DNA from: Armatimonadota bacterium
Lineage (GTDB): Bacteria; Sysuimicrobiota; Sysuimicrobiia; Sysuimicrobiales; Humicultoraceae
Assembly: GCA_037446215.1 (NCBI GenBank)
Contig: JBBIJB010000021.1
Coordinates: forward strand, 1 to 33,060
Direction of reading: 5' to 3'
Length of the DNA: 33,060 bases
The position numbers were made by a program, and so were the translations under genes. Below are positions 8,076 through 17,610 of the stretch, in pieces (the stretch's first letter is position 1; every line of letters begins with the position of its first letter). The notes beneath the pieces are model-generated. The model saw nothing but the letters and a program-made list of their open reading frames with translations. It did no database searches and was not told the DNA's origin.

Positions 8076-9293
8076 CTACTCGAACCTGAAGAGAGCCACC
8101 CCAACGACGAAGAAGGCCGTCCCGAACCCTGCCAGGGCCAGAACCTGCGGTGCCGCCTCGGCGAGGCCGAACCCCCGCGTGATGATGTTGACGAAGCCCG
8201 CCATAGCCCATCCCTGCGGCACCGCTCGGGCCAGGGCCTGCATGTACGACGGCATTATCTCCACCGGCCACCAGGCCCCGCCGAGCATCGAGGGGATGAT
8301 CACGACCACGGGGAAGAGCGTTGAGGCCTGCGCCTCTGTGCGGACGACCGCGCCCAGCATTATCCCGAGCCCGGTCGCGGCGAAGAGGTAGGCGGCGGCC
8401 ACGGCGGCGAGCGCGGCGGGCGACTGCCCCCAGTTGACACCGAGCAGCGTCTGGCCGACGCCGATCAGGATGGCGATCTGCACGACCCCCTGGGCGTAGA
8501 TCCCGGCTATCTTGCCCGCGAGGATCGAGGCGCGGTGCGTGGGCGTGGTCAGCAGGCGGGCGAGCGTGCCGTTCCGGCGCTCGACCACCAGCGCGCCCGC
8601 GCTCATCGCGGCCGCCATCATCACGAACATCACCGTGAATCCGGGCGAGGTCTGCTCCATGCCCGACGGCAGCCGCGGCCTGCGCTCGGGCGCGAACGCC
8701 GTGGCGGCCTCCACGGCCACGGTGACCGGGGGCGTTGGAGACCACCTCGTGTCCGCGCGCTCCGTCGCGCGCCTGCGGATCGCGGGCGCCAGCGAGGGGT
8801 TCTGGGTGTGCCTGACCGCCACCGCGGCGGTGAACTCGCCGGCGAGGGCGTCGACCGAGAGCCGCATGACCACCTCGCGGACGACCTCCAACACGAGCGT
8901 CGGGACGCCTCTGCGCTCGTCGTAGCGCACGCTGACGTCGGAGTTCTTGCCCGCGTTGATCCTGTCGGCGAACCCCTTCGGGACTACGACGGCGACCGCC
9001 ACCCGGCCGGCATCGAGCATCGCGGCGGCCTCGGCGGCCGTCGCCTCCACCACCCTCACCGACCGCTCGATGGAGAGGCGCTCGGCGAAGAGCCTGGAGT
9101 AGTCGCTGCGGTCCTGGTCGGCCACGGCCACGGGCAGGCGCGCGGACTGGGCGGCCCCTCCGTAGACGCTGCCGAACAGCACCGTCATGATCAGAGGCAT
9201 CGCGATCCGCCACAGCAGGGCGCCCCGGTCCCTCGCCACGACACGGAGCGAGAGCACGGCTATCGCCGCGGCCTTGCCCAGCCCGGCTACCAC
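8076..9293 (-). CDS. ABC-2 exporter permease with large extracytoplasmic domain (LnrN/YbhR-like)
   Basis: VAVADQD.S, ERRNGTLARLLTTP, GK, LGGAWWPVEIMP. GTG 9293 overlaps the upstream permease end; the 766-aa ORF call is an over-extension. Confidence 0.9.
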   Translation of the reverse strand: MVAGLGKAAAIAVLSLRVVARDRGALLWRIAMPLIMTVLFGSVYGGAAQSARLPVAVADQDRSDYSRLFAERLSIERSVRVVEATAAEAAAMLDAGRVAVAVVVPKGFADRINAGKNSDVSVRYDERRGVPTLVLEVVREVVMRLSVDALAGEFTAAVAVRHTQNPSLAPAIRRRATERADTRWSPTPPVTVAVEAATAFAPERRPRLPSGMEQTSPGFTVMFVMMAAAMSAGALVVERRNGTLARLLTTPTHRASILAGKIAGIYAQGVVQIAILIGVGQTLLGVNWGQSPAALAAVAAAYLFAATGLGIMLGAVVRTEAQASTLFPVVVIIPSMLGGAWWPVEIMPSYMQALARAVPQGWAMAGFVNIITRGFGLAEAAPQVLALAGFGTAFFVVGVALFRFE

Positions 9294-10510
9294 TTCCCCC
9301 ACAGCCTCCTGACCCCGATGCCGAGGAACACGGCCGCCATCGCGAGGAGCACCGCGGCGGGGCGCGCTATCGATGCCGCGGTGGCGCCTTCCTCCATGAC
9401 CGCGAGGAAGCCGTCGAGCGCCCATCGGTTGAACGTCAGGCGGCTCGCCGCCTCGAGCCAGGGCGGCATGAAGTAGATGGGGTACAGAGAGCCGCCCAGG
9501 AACGACATCGGCAGGATAATGGCCGGCGCCATCGCCTCTACCGCCTCGGGCGACCGCGCCATCGCCGAGAGGAACGTTCCAAGGCCGGCGGCCGCGAGCG
9601 CCGTCGCGGTCACCATGGTCAACAGCAAGAAAGGCGAGCCCCACTTGACTCCATAGAACAGGCCGGTGAAGACCACGAGCAGCCCGAACTGGACAAGACC
9701 AGTCAGGAAGGTGGCGAGCAGCTTGCCGGCCACGATGTCGCCCGCGTGCGTTGGGGTCGTGCGCAGGCGGGCCAGGGTCCCCTCGCGGCGCTCCACCAGT
9801 ATGCTGCCGCTCGCCAGGCTGACGCCGAACAGGATGTACATGACGCCCATCCCGACCGCGTAGTAGTCGATCGCCGCCGGGAACCGGATGCCGCCCTCTC
9901 GCTCCTCCGCGATCGCCACGGCCTGCCGCCCGACGAACGCCTCCAGGTCGTCCATCCAGCCCGGAATCGCCGAGAGGACCGCCGCCGGCGTCATCACCCG
10001 CTCGACGATCAGCGTCTCGGCGGCGACGGTGATCGCCACCTGGCGCTTGACGACCTCGGCGGCGAAGCGGTTGACGACGCTCTGTACGATCGCCGCCCGG
10101 ATCGACTGCGCAGGATCGGTGTAGATCAGCAGGCGGGTCGGCCGGCCTGCCATCACCGCCTGGGAGAAGCCCTCCGGTATGACGACCGCCGCCGCCTTCT
10201 GCCCGCGCATCACCATTGCGCGGGCCGTGCCCTCGTGATCGCGGCGCTCGACACGCATCCTGGGCCCGATCTCCCCGGAGGCCAGCACGTCGTCCACCAG
10301 GAGCCGGGCGATCTCGCCCCGGTCGCGGTCCACCACGACGATGGGGATGCTGAGGATCTCGGCCGTGCCCTCCCACAGCGGTGTGAACACCAGCCCGAGG
10401 ATGAATATGAGCGCCAACGGCATGACGAGCAGGATCACCGCCGAGCGGCGGTCCCGGGCCCGGATGCGCAGGTCCTTGAAGGCTATCGCCAGAGCCTTGT
10501 GGGCGGCCAT
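9287..10510 (-). CDS. ABC-2 exporter permease with large extracytoplasmic domain (LnrM-like)
   Basis: IAFKDLR...RD, VVDRD.G, IPEGFS, ERREGTLARLRTTP, LGGSLYPIYFMP. Confidence 0.92.
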   Translation of the reverse strand: MAAHKALAIAFKDLRIRARDRRSAVILLVMPLALIFILGLVFTPLWEGTAEILSIPIVVVDRDRGEIARLLVDDVLASGEIGPRMRVERRDHEGTARAMVMRGQKAAAVVIPEGFSQAVMAGRPTRLLIYTDPAQSIRAAIVQSVVNRFAAEVVKRQVAITVAAETLIVERVMTPAAVLSAIPGWMDDLEAFVGRQAVAIAEEREGGIRFPAAIDYYAVGMGVMYILFGVSLASGSILVERREGTLARLRTTPTHAGDIVAGKLLATFLTGLVQFGLLVVFTGLFYGVKWGSPFLLLTMVTATALAAAGLGTFLSAMARSPEAVEAMAPAIILPMSFLGGSLYPIYFMPPWLEAASRLTFNRWALDGFLAVMEEGATAASIARPAAVLLAMAAVFLGIGVRRLWGKW

Positions 10511-10523
10511 CGAACCCCCCGGG

Positions 10524-11480
10524 CTAGTCGCGCAGCGCCTTTCCCGTGAGGTGCAGGAACAGGCTCTCCAGGTTCGGCTCCCGGACCTCTATGGCCAGTA
10601 TCGGGGCGTCGGCTGCCACGAACCTCGCCACGATCTGCGGCAGCAGAGCGCGGCCGGTGGTCGTCAGGACCTCCACCCTATCCTCGCCCACCCTGAGGTC
10701 GTCCACGCCGGGCAGGGAGCGCAGGGTCTCTTGAAGGCCGCCCGAGAGGTGCGCGGCGTGGGTCGTGATGGCGATCAGGTCGCGCTCGCCGACCTGGAGC
10801 CGCAGCTCCTTGTGGGTGCCCATCGCGATGATCCTGCCGAGATCCATGATCGCGACGCGGTCGCAGAGAAACTCGACCTCCTCCATGTAGTGGCTCGTGT
10901 AGAGGAGGGTTAGCCCGTCGCGGTTCAACCTCCGGACCGTCTCCAGGATGTTGGTGCGGGACTGCGGGTCGACGCCCACGGTGGGCTCGTCGAGCATCAG
11001 CAGGCGGGGCCGGTGGAGCAGGCCCACCGCGATGTTGACGCGCCGCTTCATCCCCCCCGAGTAGGTGTCCACGCGCTCGCCGGCCCTCTCCCTGAGGCCG
11101 ACGATCTCGAGGACCTCCTCGATCCGGCCGGCCGCCTCCGTGCCCGGCACCTCGTACATCCGGGCCCAGAAGTCGAGGTTCTCGCGCGCGGTCAGCGTGG
11201 GGTAGAGGGCGATCTCCTGGGGCACGACGCCTATCGCCCTGCGGACGGCCATCGGGTCGGCGCGTATGCTGTGGCCCGCCACTACCGCATCGCCGCCCGT
11301 CGGCTCGAGCAGGCAGGCCAGCATGCCGATGGTCGTGGTCTTGCCCGCGCCGTTCGGGCCAAGGAGGCCGAAGCTCTCGCCCGGGCGCACATCGAAGGAT
11401 ACGCCCCGCACCGCGGGCTTCCCGTCGTAGCTCTTGGTCAGGCCTTCGACCGCGATCAGGGAGCCCGGCCGCGAATCCAC
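10524..11480 (-). CDS. ABC-2 exporter ATP-binding subunit (LnrL/DrrA-like)
   Basis: Walker A GPNGAGKT, signature YSGGM, Walker B LMLDEPT, H-loop TSHYMEE, C-terminal LESLFLHLTGKALRD. Confidence 0.96.
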   Translation of the reverse strand: MDSRPGSLIAVEGLTKSYDGKPAVRGVSFDVRPGESFGLLGPNGAGKTTTIGMLACLLEPTGGDAVVAGHSIRADPMAVRRAIGVVPQEIALYPTLTARENLDFWARMYEVPGTEAAGRIEEVLEIVGLRERAGERVDTYSGGMKRRVNIAVGLLHRPRLLMLDEPTVGVDPQSRTNILETVRRLNRDGLTLLYTSHYMEEVEFLCDRVAIMDLGRIIAMGTHKELRLQVGERDLIAITTHAAHLSGGLQETLRSLPGVDDLRVGEDRVEVLTTTGRALLPQIVARFVAADAPILAIEVREPNLESLFLHLTGKALRD

Positions 11481-12295
11481 TACCCGGTCCCGGACTCGCG
11501 GAACTCCATCTTACCGGCGCGCGCCGCGCGGATGTAGCGCTGGCAGAACTCGTCCCTGCCGAGCAGCATCTCCGCGGCCACGAGGTTGGCCATCAAGCGC
11601 CGATCGAGCGGGTCGAGTATGAAGCCGTCTATGCCCCGTGCCATGCACAGGACCAGGAAGGTCTGGTTGATCAGGGCGCGGTGGGGCAGCCCGAAAGACA
11701 CGTTGCTGAGCCCGCAGATCGTGCGCACCGACGGGAAGCGGCTCCTGACCATCCCCAGGGTCTCGAGGAAGAGCTCCGCGTGAGAGCTGTCGGTCGCCAC
11801 CGGGAAGACGAGCGGGTCCACGTAGATCTCGTGGGGCTCCACTCCCGCCGCGGTGAGACCGTCTACCAGGCGGGAGACCAGCTCCAGCCGGCCCTCGGCG
11901 GTAGGAGGGATCCCCTGATCGTCCATCGGGAGGGCCACCACCTCGGGCTTGAACTCGACGATCGCTGGGTGCAGCCCCGACCAGCGCGGACTCTCCAGGT
12001 TGATCGAGTCGAGGATCGCCCTCCCCCTGTGGACCTCGAGACCTCGCTGCAGGGCGGCGGGGTTGGAGCTGTCTATCGTTATCCTGACCTCCAGGGCATC
12101 CTGGATCGTGCGTATCGCCCACTGCAGGCAGGCCGTCTCGTCCTCCATCAGCGTGGCGCAGTTGACGGCCACCGAGTCCGCGCCGGCCTCGATCTGGCGG
12201 CGCGCGAGGTCCACGAGCGCCGCGCCGTCGCGGGCCTCAAGCAGCGGCTGGATCCTCTTGCGCGTGGAGTTGATGAGCTCGCCGACTACTAGCAT
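11480..12295 (-). CDS. Pterin-binding methyltransferase (methyl-THF:corrinoid, AcsE/MetH folate-domain type)
   Basis: MLVVGELINSTRK, QIEAGAD, IDSSNP, DPLVFPV, GLSNVSFGLP.R..IN..FL, ILDP, LLGRDEFC..YI.A.R. Stop overlaps the ABC ATPase start (TAGTG). Confidence 0.92.
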   Translation of the reverse strand: MLVVGELINSTRKRIQPLLEARDGAALVDLARRQIEAGADSVAVNCATLMEDETACLQWAIRTIQDALEVRITIDSSNPAALQRGLEVHRGRAILDSINLESPRWSGLHPAIVEFKPEVVALPMDDQGIPPTAEGRLELVSRLVDGLTAAGVEPHEIYVDPLVFPVATDSSHAELFLETLGMVRSRFPSVRTICGLSNVSFGLPHRALINQTFLVLCMARGIDGFILDPLDRRLMANLVAAEMLLGRDEFCQRYIRAARAGKMEFRESGTG

Positions 12296-12320
12296 CGCTG
12301 GTTTTCCCCCGTCTCTGCCA

Positions 12321-13235
12321 TCAAGCCCTTCCGCGCCGCACCGCGGCGGCGATCTGCCTTATGTGCTCAGGGGTGCTGCCGCAGCAGGCGCCCACGATCC
12401 GGGCCCCGGCTTCGACGATCGCGGGATAGACCGCCGCCATCTCTTCCGGCTGCATATCGTAGACCGTCTGATCCCCAACGAGGCGAGGGGTCCCGGCGTT
12501 CGGGTAGGCCGCGAGCGGCGCCTCCGTCTCCTCACGCATCTTGCGAAGTATCTCGATCGCCCTCTCCGGACCTCCGTCCCCGCAGTTGCAGCCTACGATC
12601 TCTGCGCCCTCGGAGCAGAGGAGGCGCGCCGCCTCCTGAGGGGTCGTGCCCCACAGCGTCCTGTCCGTGTTCCTTGCCGCTGTGTACTGGAAGGACATCG
12701 TGCACATGACAGGGAGGCCGGTGGCCTCCTTCGCGGCCCGAACGGCCAACACCGCCTCCTCTGGAGCCATCATCGTCTCTATCGCCAGGAGGTCGACCCC
12801 GCCCTCCGCGAGCGCCAGCGCCTGCTCCGCGAAGCTCGCGATCATCTCTTCGGGCGGAACGTCGCCCATCGGGGCGAGGGTGTCCGGTAGGCGCCCGGTG
12901 GGTCCGATCGATCCCGCGACGTAGCCCCCTGGCCGGCACGCCGACCTCGCCAGGTGCGCGCCCAGGATGTTCAACTCGCGGGCGTGCTCACCGAGTCCGT
13001 GGGAGGCCAACTTGAGGCGCGTCCCACCGAAGGTGTTGGTCTCGATTATGTCGCAGCCGGCCTCGACGTAGGCCCGGTGCACCGCGATCACGGCCTCTGG
13101 GCGGCTCTTGTTCCACGACTCCGGGCAGCTGCCCGCGGGAAGGCCCGCGGCGATCAGCATGCTGCCCATGGCGCCGTCAAGCACCAGCACCTCGCGCTCC
13201 AGACGCTCGAGAAGCTCCGCGCTCGCACCCCTCAT
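12321..13235 (-). CDS. Stand-alone homocysteine S-methyltransferase domain (MetH N-terminal type)
   Basis: LDGAMGS, PESWN, H.AY.EAG.DIIETNTFG, GSIGPTG, IETM, Zn ligands GCNC and GACCGSTPEHI, YPNAG.P. ATG 13235 has GAGGAGG RBS. Confidence 0.93.
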   Translation of the reverse strand: MRGASAELLERLEREVLVLDGAMGSMLIAAGLPAGSCPESWNKSRPEAVIAVHRAYVEAGCDIIETNTFGGTRLKLASHGLGEHARELNILGAHLARSACRPGGYVAGSIGPTGRLPDTLAPMGDVPPEEMIASFAEQALALAEGGVDLLAIETMMAPEEAVLAVRAAKEATGLPVMCTMSFQYTAARNTDRTLWGTTPQEAARLLCSEGAEIVGCNCGDGGPERAIEILRKMREETEAPLAAYPNAGTPRLVGDQTVYDMQPEEMAAVYPAIVEAGARIVGACCGSTPEHIRQIAAAVRRGRA

Positions 13236-13251
13236 AGGGCGACCTCCTCGT

Positions 13252-14535
13252 TCACTTCGTGCTTCGCCGGTCCGCGCCTTCTCCGCGCGGCGCCCCGCGA
13301 AGGCTCCGCAGCGCCGTGATGCCGACCAACGGTCCCAGCGCCAGCAGGCCGAATGCCGCTCCCCACTGCGCCATCGGTTCGAGCCCGGTGGATCGCGCAA
13401 GGTCGAGGGCCGCGCCGAACGTTGCCGGGGCGGTGATCGCGGCGCTCCACCCGAGCAGCATCTGGAGGCTGAACGCTCCCCCCAGCGAGCGGCTGGGCAC
13501 CAGGTCCATCAGGCTAGCGGTGTAGGATGGCGAGTCCGCGAGTGCAGCGCCCCCGTAGAGGACTCCGACCGCCACCACGAGGGCGAGCGGCGCCGCGAAC
13601 AGCCACCCGAAGGAGGCGGAGCACAGGAAGCTGATCCCCAGAATCAGGCTCGCGGCCCGCGCCCTTCCTATACGATCGGACAGCCGGCCGCCGAGCACCG
13701 CGGCGATGCCGCCGACGCCGATGGCCACCGCGGCCATCGTCCCTCCCCTCGCCAGCGCGTCTTCGTGCCCCACTCCCCTCGAGGCCAACGAGGTCACCAG
13801 GAACGCGTTCATCCAGCCCCACATGCCGAATAACTCCCAGTTGTGCGCCGCGTACGCGACTATTACACGCTTGGCCGGGCGGTTGTTGAGAACGTCTCCC
13901 AGATACCTCGCCAGGTATCCCTTGTGCGCCTCACCGCCGGCCCCGGCCGGGGCGTCGGGATGGCCGGCGTGATGGGTAGGGGCCGGCACCCCGGGTACCT
14001 TCGTGGCAAGAACCAGCGCCCCTACGAGCGCCGCCGCGGCGGCGACCGCCACCACCGGGCGCCACCCGAAGAGGGGCGCGAGTGTCCCAATGTATACCAG
14101 CGGCACCGAGTGGGCGAGTACCAGCACGCCGACGAATATACCGGTCGCGCTGCCACGCCGGCCGACAGGGAACGTCGATGCGATGTACCGGAGCGCCGAC
14201 AGGTAGAGCCCTCCGGCGAACAGCCCGACCATCAGCCGCAGCAGGAGGCCCGAGGCGAAGTCATGCGCGCCTGCCGCGAACGCCATGTCGCCCACCCCTG
14301 CCAGGACGGCCGAGCCGACCATGATAGGCTTGGCGCTGACCCGGTCCAGCAGGAAGCCCACCGCGACGTAGGCCGCGAGCGTCCCGACCTGGAAGGCGCC
14401 CAGGATCAGCCCGGCCTGGCTCGCGCTGAGATCCCACTCGGCGCCGACGATCGGGATGAGGGCCGCGAAGATGAAACCTGTCTGCGCCGCAAGGAACTGC
14501 CCCGCGCAGAGCGCTGCAAACCCTCTCAGATGCAC
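13252..14535 (-). CDS. MFS transporter
   Basis: About 12 hydrophobic segments; motif A-like GFLLDRVSAK and GRLSDRIGR; HNWELFGMWGW and ADSP segments. Confidence 0.92.
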   Translation of the reverse strand: MHLRGFAALCAGQFLAAQTGFIFAALIPIVGAEWDLSASQAGLILGAFQVGTLAAYVAVGFLLDRVSAKPIMVGSAVLAGVGDMAFAAGAHDFASGLLLRLMVGLFAGGLYLSALRYIASTFPVGRRGSATGIFVGVLVLAHSVPLVYIGTLAPLFGWRPVVAVAAAAALVGALVLATKVPGVPAPTHHAGHPDAPAGAGGEAHKGYLARYLGDVLNNRPAKRVIVAYAAHNWELFGMWGWMNAFLVTSLASRGVGHEDALARGGTMAAVAIGVGGIAAVLGGRLSDRIGRARAASLILGISFLCSASFGWLFAAPLALVVAVGVLYGGAALADSPSYTASLMDLVPSRSLGGAFSLQMLLGWSAAITAPATFGAALDLARSTGLEPMAQWGAAFGLLALGPLVGITALRSLRGAPRGEGADRRSTK

Positions 14536-14725
14536 GAGACCCTTCTCTTATCACTCATCCGCAACGTCCTGGCGTGCATGGAGACTACCCCCATCAGTTC
14601 GCCCCCTGCCGCGAACCGCCTCCTGACAGAACGCGGTCGCTCACAAAGGAGAGGCGATGTGGCTGACGTAATTCATGACCTGTTCGAGTGCGAAGGCAAC
14701 ACGGTCACTCCCGGAGGATGTATAG

Positions 14726-15904
14726 ATGACAAGCTTCCTGCGAGCCATGGCGGCGGTCGTTGCGCTGGTGCTTTCCTCAGCCTGTGGGCCCCTTGGGGAT
14801 CGAGCCTCTCTTGACTCCACACTCCTCCCCTACCTGGCACGCTACGATCTGCCGGCTGTGGCGGCGGCGGTCGCGAGCAAAGGGAAGGTCGTCGCGTTCG
14901 GCGCCGTCGGAACGCGCAGGGCGGGAGAGAAGATACCTGTGACTGTGGAGGACCGCTTCCACCTGGGATCGGACACGAAGGCGATGACCGCCCTCCTTGC
15001 GGCCATGCTGGTTGAAGAGGGGAAACTCCAGTGGGACTCAACAGCCGCCGGCGTCTTCCCAGAGCTTGTCGAGAATATGGATCCCGGGCTCAGGCGCGTG
15101 ACGCTCGTGCAGCTCCTCTCCCACACCAGCGGGATTCCGAGCGATAACGAGGAACTCATGAAGCTGCTCGGACAGGCGATCCTCCAGGATGGGAACCTGG
15201 ACGAACTGCGACACTGGCTGGTCCGCGAGTGGAGCCGGTTTCCTCTGGCGTCCGAGCCGGGATCGAAGTTCGCGTACTCGAACATGGGCTACACGATGGT
15301 TGGGTCCATGATCGAGCGTGCCACGGGCAGGACCTGGGACGAACTGGTCACGGAGCGCATATTTGTCCCGCTCAGGCTGAGAACGGCCGGGCTCGGCCCT
15401 CAGGCTTCCCTCGGCAAGATAGACGCGCCTCTGGGGCACTCCGTCGTCGACGGCAGGGCGAGGGCCATCCTGGCGGGCCCAAACGGCGACGGCCCTCCCG
15501 TCATTGGCCCGGCTGGTATCGCGCACATGTCGATCCTTGATTTCGCCCGTTGGGCCGGATGGAACGCCGGAGAAGGAAGGCGCCCGCCGTATCTCGTCAA
15601 GCCGGAAACGATGCGGAAGCTCCACACCCCGGTCGTCTCGATGCCTGAGAAGAAGGACGCGGCTCCGGGCACGCCGTCCCGCGGTAGGTACGCGCTCGGA
15701 TGGGGCGAGATGAGCGTAGAGTGGGCGTCATCGCCTCTGATCTACCACGGCGGATCAAACGGCATGAATCTGGCCCACGTTTGGATAGACAAGAGCCGTG
15801 ACCTTGCTATCGTCACGGCCACCAACATTGGAGGTAGAAAGGCCAGCCAAGGGCTGGTGGCCCTTGCCGGCGAGCTCTACACCAATCACAGGGAGAAGAG
15901 GTAA
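14726..15904 (+). CDS. Serine hydrolase, beta-lactamase class C / AmpC-like family, probable lipoprotein
   Basis: FHLGSDTK (SxxK), LLSHTSG, FAYSN (YxN), HGGS; lipobox-like LSSAC; GGAGG RBS. Confidence 0.9.
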   Translation: MTSFLRAMAAVVALVLSSACGPLGDRASLDSTLLPYLARYDLPAVAAAVASKGKVVAFGAVGTRRAGEKIPVTVEDRFHLGSDTKAMTALLAAMLVEEGKLQWDSTAAGVFPELVENMDPGLRRVTLVQLLSHTSGIPSDNEELMKLLGQAILQDGNLDELRHWLVREWSRFPLASEPGSKFAYSNMGYTMVGSMIERATGRTWDELVTERIFVPLRLRTAGLGPQASLGKIDAPLGHSVVDGRARAILAGPNGDGPPVIGPAGIAHMSILDFARWAGWNAGEGRRPPYLVKPETMRKLHTPVVSMPEKKDAAPGTPSRGRYALGWGEMSVEWASSPLIYHGGSNGMNLAHVWIDKSRDLAIVTATNIGGRKASQGLVALAGELYTNHREKR

Positions 15905-15906
15905 GG

Positions 15907-17610
15907 TCAGGGCGACTCCCGCCCCGGAAACGCCATGGACTCCAGGTACACCTCCTGGAACTCCGGGAGGGTGGCCAGCGAGACGTGCCGTATCTTCGAT
16001 GCGATCCTTGCGGCCCGGCCGCGCTCCGTCTCAGAGAGCAGCGCCATCTGGGCTCCCAGCCCGGCGGCGTTGCCCACGTACTCTATGCGGTCTCGCGGCA
16101 GATCCGGGATCAGGCCGATCCTGACGGCGCCCTCTATGCTCAGGTAGTTGCCGAACCCCCCCGAGAGCATCAGCGTCGCGACCAGGTCGTCCGGTGTTTC
16201 GGTGATCCTCTGCAGCATCGTGATCGCGCCGCGTATCGCCGCCTTCGCCAGCTGCACCTGGCGTATGTCCGACTGGGTCAGCACGACCTCGCGGCCCGAG
16301 GCGGTCTCGTCACCCGCCGCCAACACGAACGCGGGGGAGCCGCCGTCCTGCAGGACAATGCGCCTCCGCAACACGTCGGGGACCGTGGCGGGAGGATCCG
16401 GACTGAGCCTGCCCGTTGGATCGAGCAGGCCTGCCTCGAGCAGCCCCGCGACCGCATCGATGATCCCGGAGCCGCACACCCCTACCGGCCGGGTCCTTCC
16501 GATCGTGCGCCAGCGAACCTCCTGCCCTATCTCCACCCGGTCGATCGCGCCGCTGGAGGCCCGCACTCCGCAGCGTATCTGCCCCCCCTCGAGGGCGGGC
16601 CCGGCCGGGGCCGAGCACGCGGCGAGCTCGCCCCCCCTGCCCAGGACAACCTCGCCGTTGGTGCCGAGATCCGCCGCGATCCGGGCCTCGCCGCCCTCGT
16701 CGAGCCGCGTCGAGAGAGCCATCGCCACCGCGTCGGGGCCGACAAACCCGGCGACGATCGGCGGCAGCAGGACCGGTGTGGCGCTGTTCAGCCGCAGGCC
16801 GGCCTCGCCCGCCGTCGTGCGGATCTCGTTCCTTATGCTCGGCTCATAGGGTGCGACCCCGAGGCCGGACACGTCGAACCCCAGGAGCAGGTGGTGCATC
16901 ACGGTGTTTCCCACGATCACGACCCTGTGGATCCGGCCGGGCCCAATGCCGGCCCTCCGGCATGCCTCCTCGATCAGCTCGTTGACGCTCCCCACGATCA
17001 GCGACCGCAGCCTGCGCGCGTTGCCCTGCCCTTCCCGCGCATACGCGATCCGGGACATGAGGTCGCCGCCGAACGGCGACTGCGGGTTGAGCGCGGAGAC
17101 GGTCGCGGCCGCGGCGCCGCTGTCCATATCGAGAAGATACCCCACGACGGTGGTGGTTCCGACGTCGACCGCCATGCCGTAGAGCCCGGCGCCTTCCTCC
17201 CCGACTCCGCCGGGGCCGACCAGAAGCTCCGGTCCGAAGCCGTCCCTCCGCACACCCGAGTCGAGCACGAACCCTGCCGCCGACCTGAGGTCCCCTGTCG
17301 CGGTCAGGATCTGGAAGGAGCTCTCCTCGAAGATCGGAGCGGCCAGGACCGCCATGTCTTCCCATGCCTCGGCCTGGCAGGCGAGGCGGTAGCCCTCGCG
17401 GACCTCCTCGTCGCCCAGCTGAACCCGGTCGGCCATCGACGCCGGAGGCGGGGGCCCCTCGACGATCCGGACCCTACAGCTCCTGCACCGGCCCCGGCCT
17501 CCGCAGGTAGCGGCGATCTCTATGCCCGCGGCGCGCGCCGCCTCCAGGATCGTGGTCCCGCGATCTACGGCCGCGCTGCGCCCCTGCGGAAGGAACCTGA
17601 CCGTGATCAT
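15907..17610 (-). CDS. ATP-dependent reductive activator of corrinoid proteins (RACo/RamA; 2Fe-2S + ASKHA/DUF4445)
   Basis: CGGRGRCRSC...RLACQ ferredoxin; DVGTTT, NPQ..GGDLMSRI, GNTVMHH, DLGTNGE, AGPALEG, GVCGSG, TQSDIRQVQLAKAAI, GGFG, GNAA. ATG 17610 in ATGA overlap; the 820-aa ORF is over-extended. Confidence 0.93.
   Translation of the reverse strand: MITVRFLPQGRSAAVDRGTTILEAARAAGIEIAATCGGRGRCRSCRVRIVEGPPPPASMADRVQLGDEEVREGYRLACQAEAWEDMAVLAAPIFEESSFQILTATGDLRSAAGFVLDSGVRRDGFGPELLVGPGGVGEEGAGLYGMAVDVGTTTVVGYLLDMDSGAAAATVSALNPQSPFGGDLMSRIAYAREGQGNARRLRSLIVGSVNELIEEACRRAGIGPGRIHRVVIVGNTVMHHLLLGFDVSGLGVAPYEPSIRNEIRTTAGEAGLRLNSATPVLLPPIVAGFVGPDAVAMALSTRLDEGGEARIAADLGTNGEVVLGRGGELAACSAPAGPALEGGQIRCGVRASSGAIDRVEIGQEVRWRTIGRTRPVGVCGSGIIDAVAGLLEAGLLDPTGRLSPDPPATVPDVLRRRIVLQDGGSPAFVLAAGDETASGREVVLTQSDIRQVQLAKAAIRGAITMLQRITETPDDLVATLMLSGGFGNYLSIEGAVRIGLIPDLPRDRIEYVGNAAGLGAQMALLSETERGRAARIASKIRHVSLATLPEFQEVYLESMAFPGRESP

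Noticed and set aside
8076..10376. 766-aa ORF suggesting a fused double permease or frameshift
   Set aside because: The upstream part is an alternative frame of the first permease; both permeases are complete separately.
8076..11480. ABC exporter as CcmAB or CydDC maturation system for the adjacent cytochrome
   Set aside because: Architecture is ABC-2 with large extracytoplasmic domains, unlike CcmB or fused CydDC; no heme-handling WWD motif seen.
14726..15904. Bona fide beta-lactam resistance gene
   Set aside because: SxxK/YxN motifs are shared by many esterases and peptidases; the third motif is HGG rather than KTG.
11480..17610. Wood-Ljungdahl pathway (AcsE-like plus RACo)
   Set aside because: No acsA/B/C/D in the window; these modules also occur in split MetH and demethylase systems.
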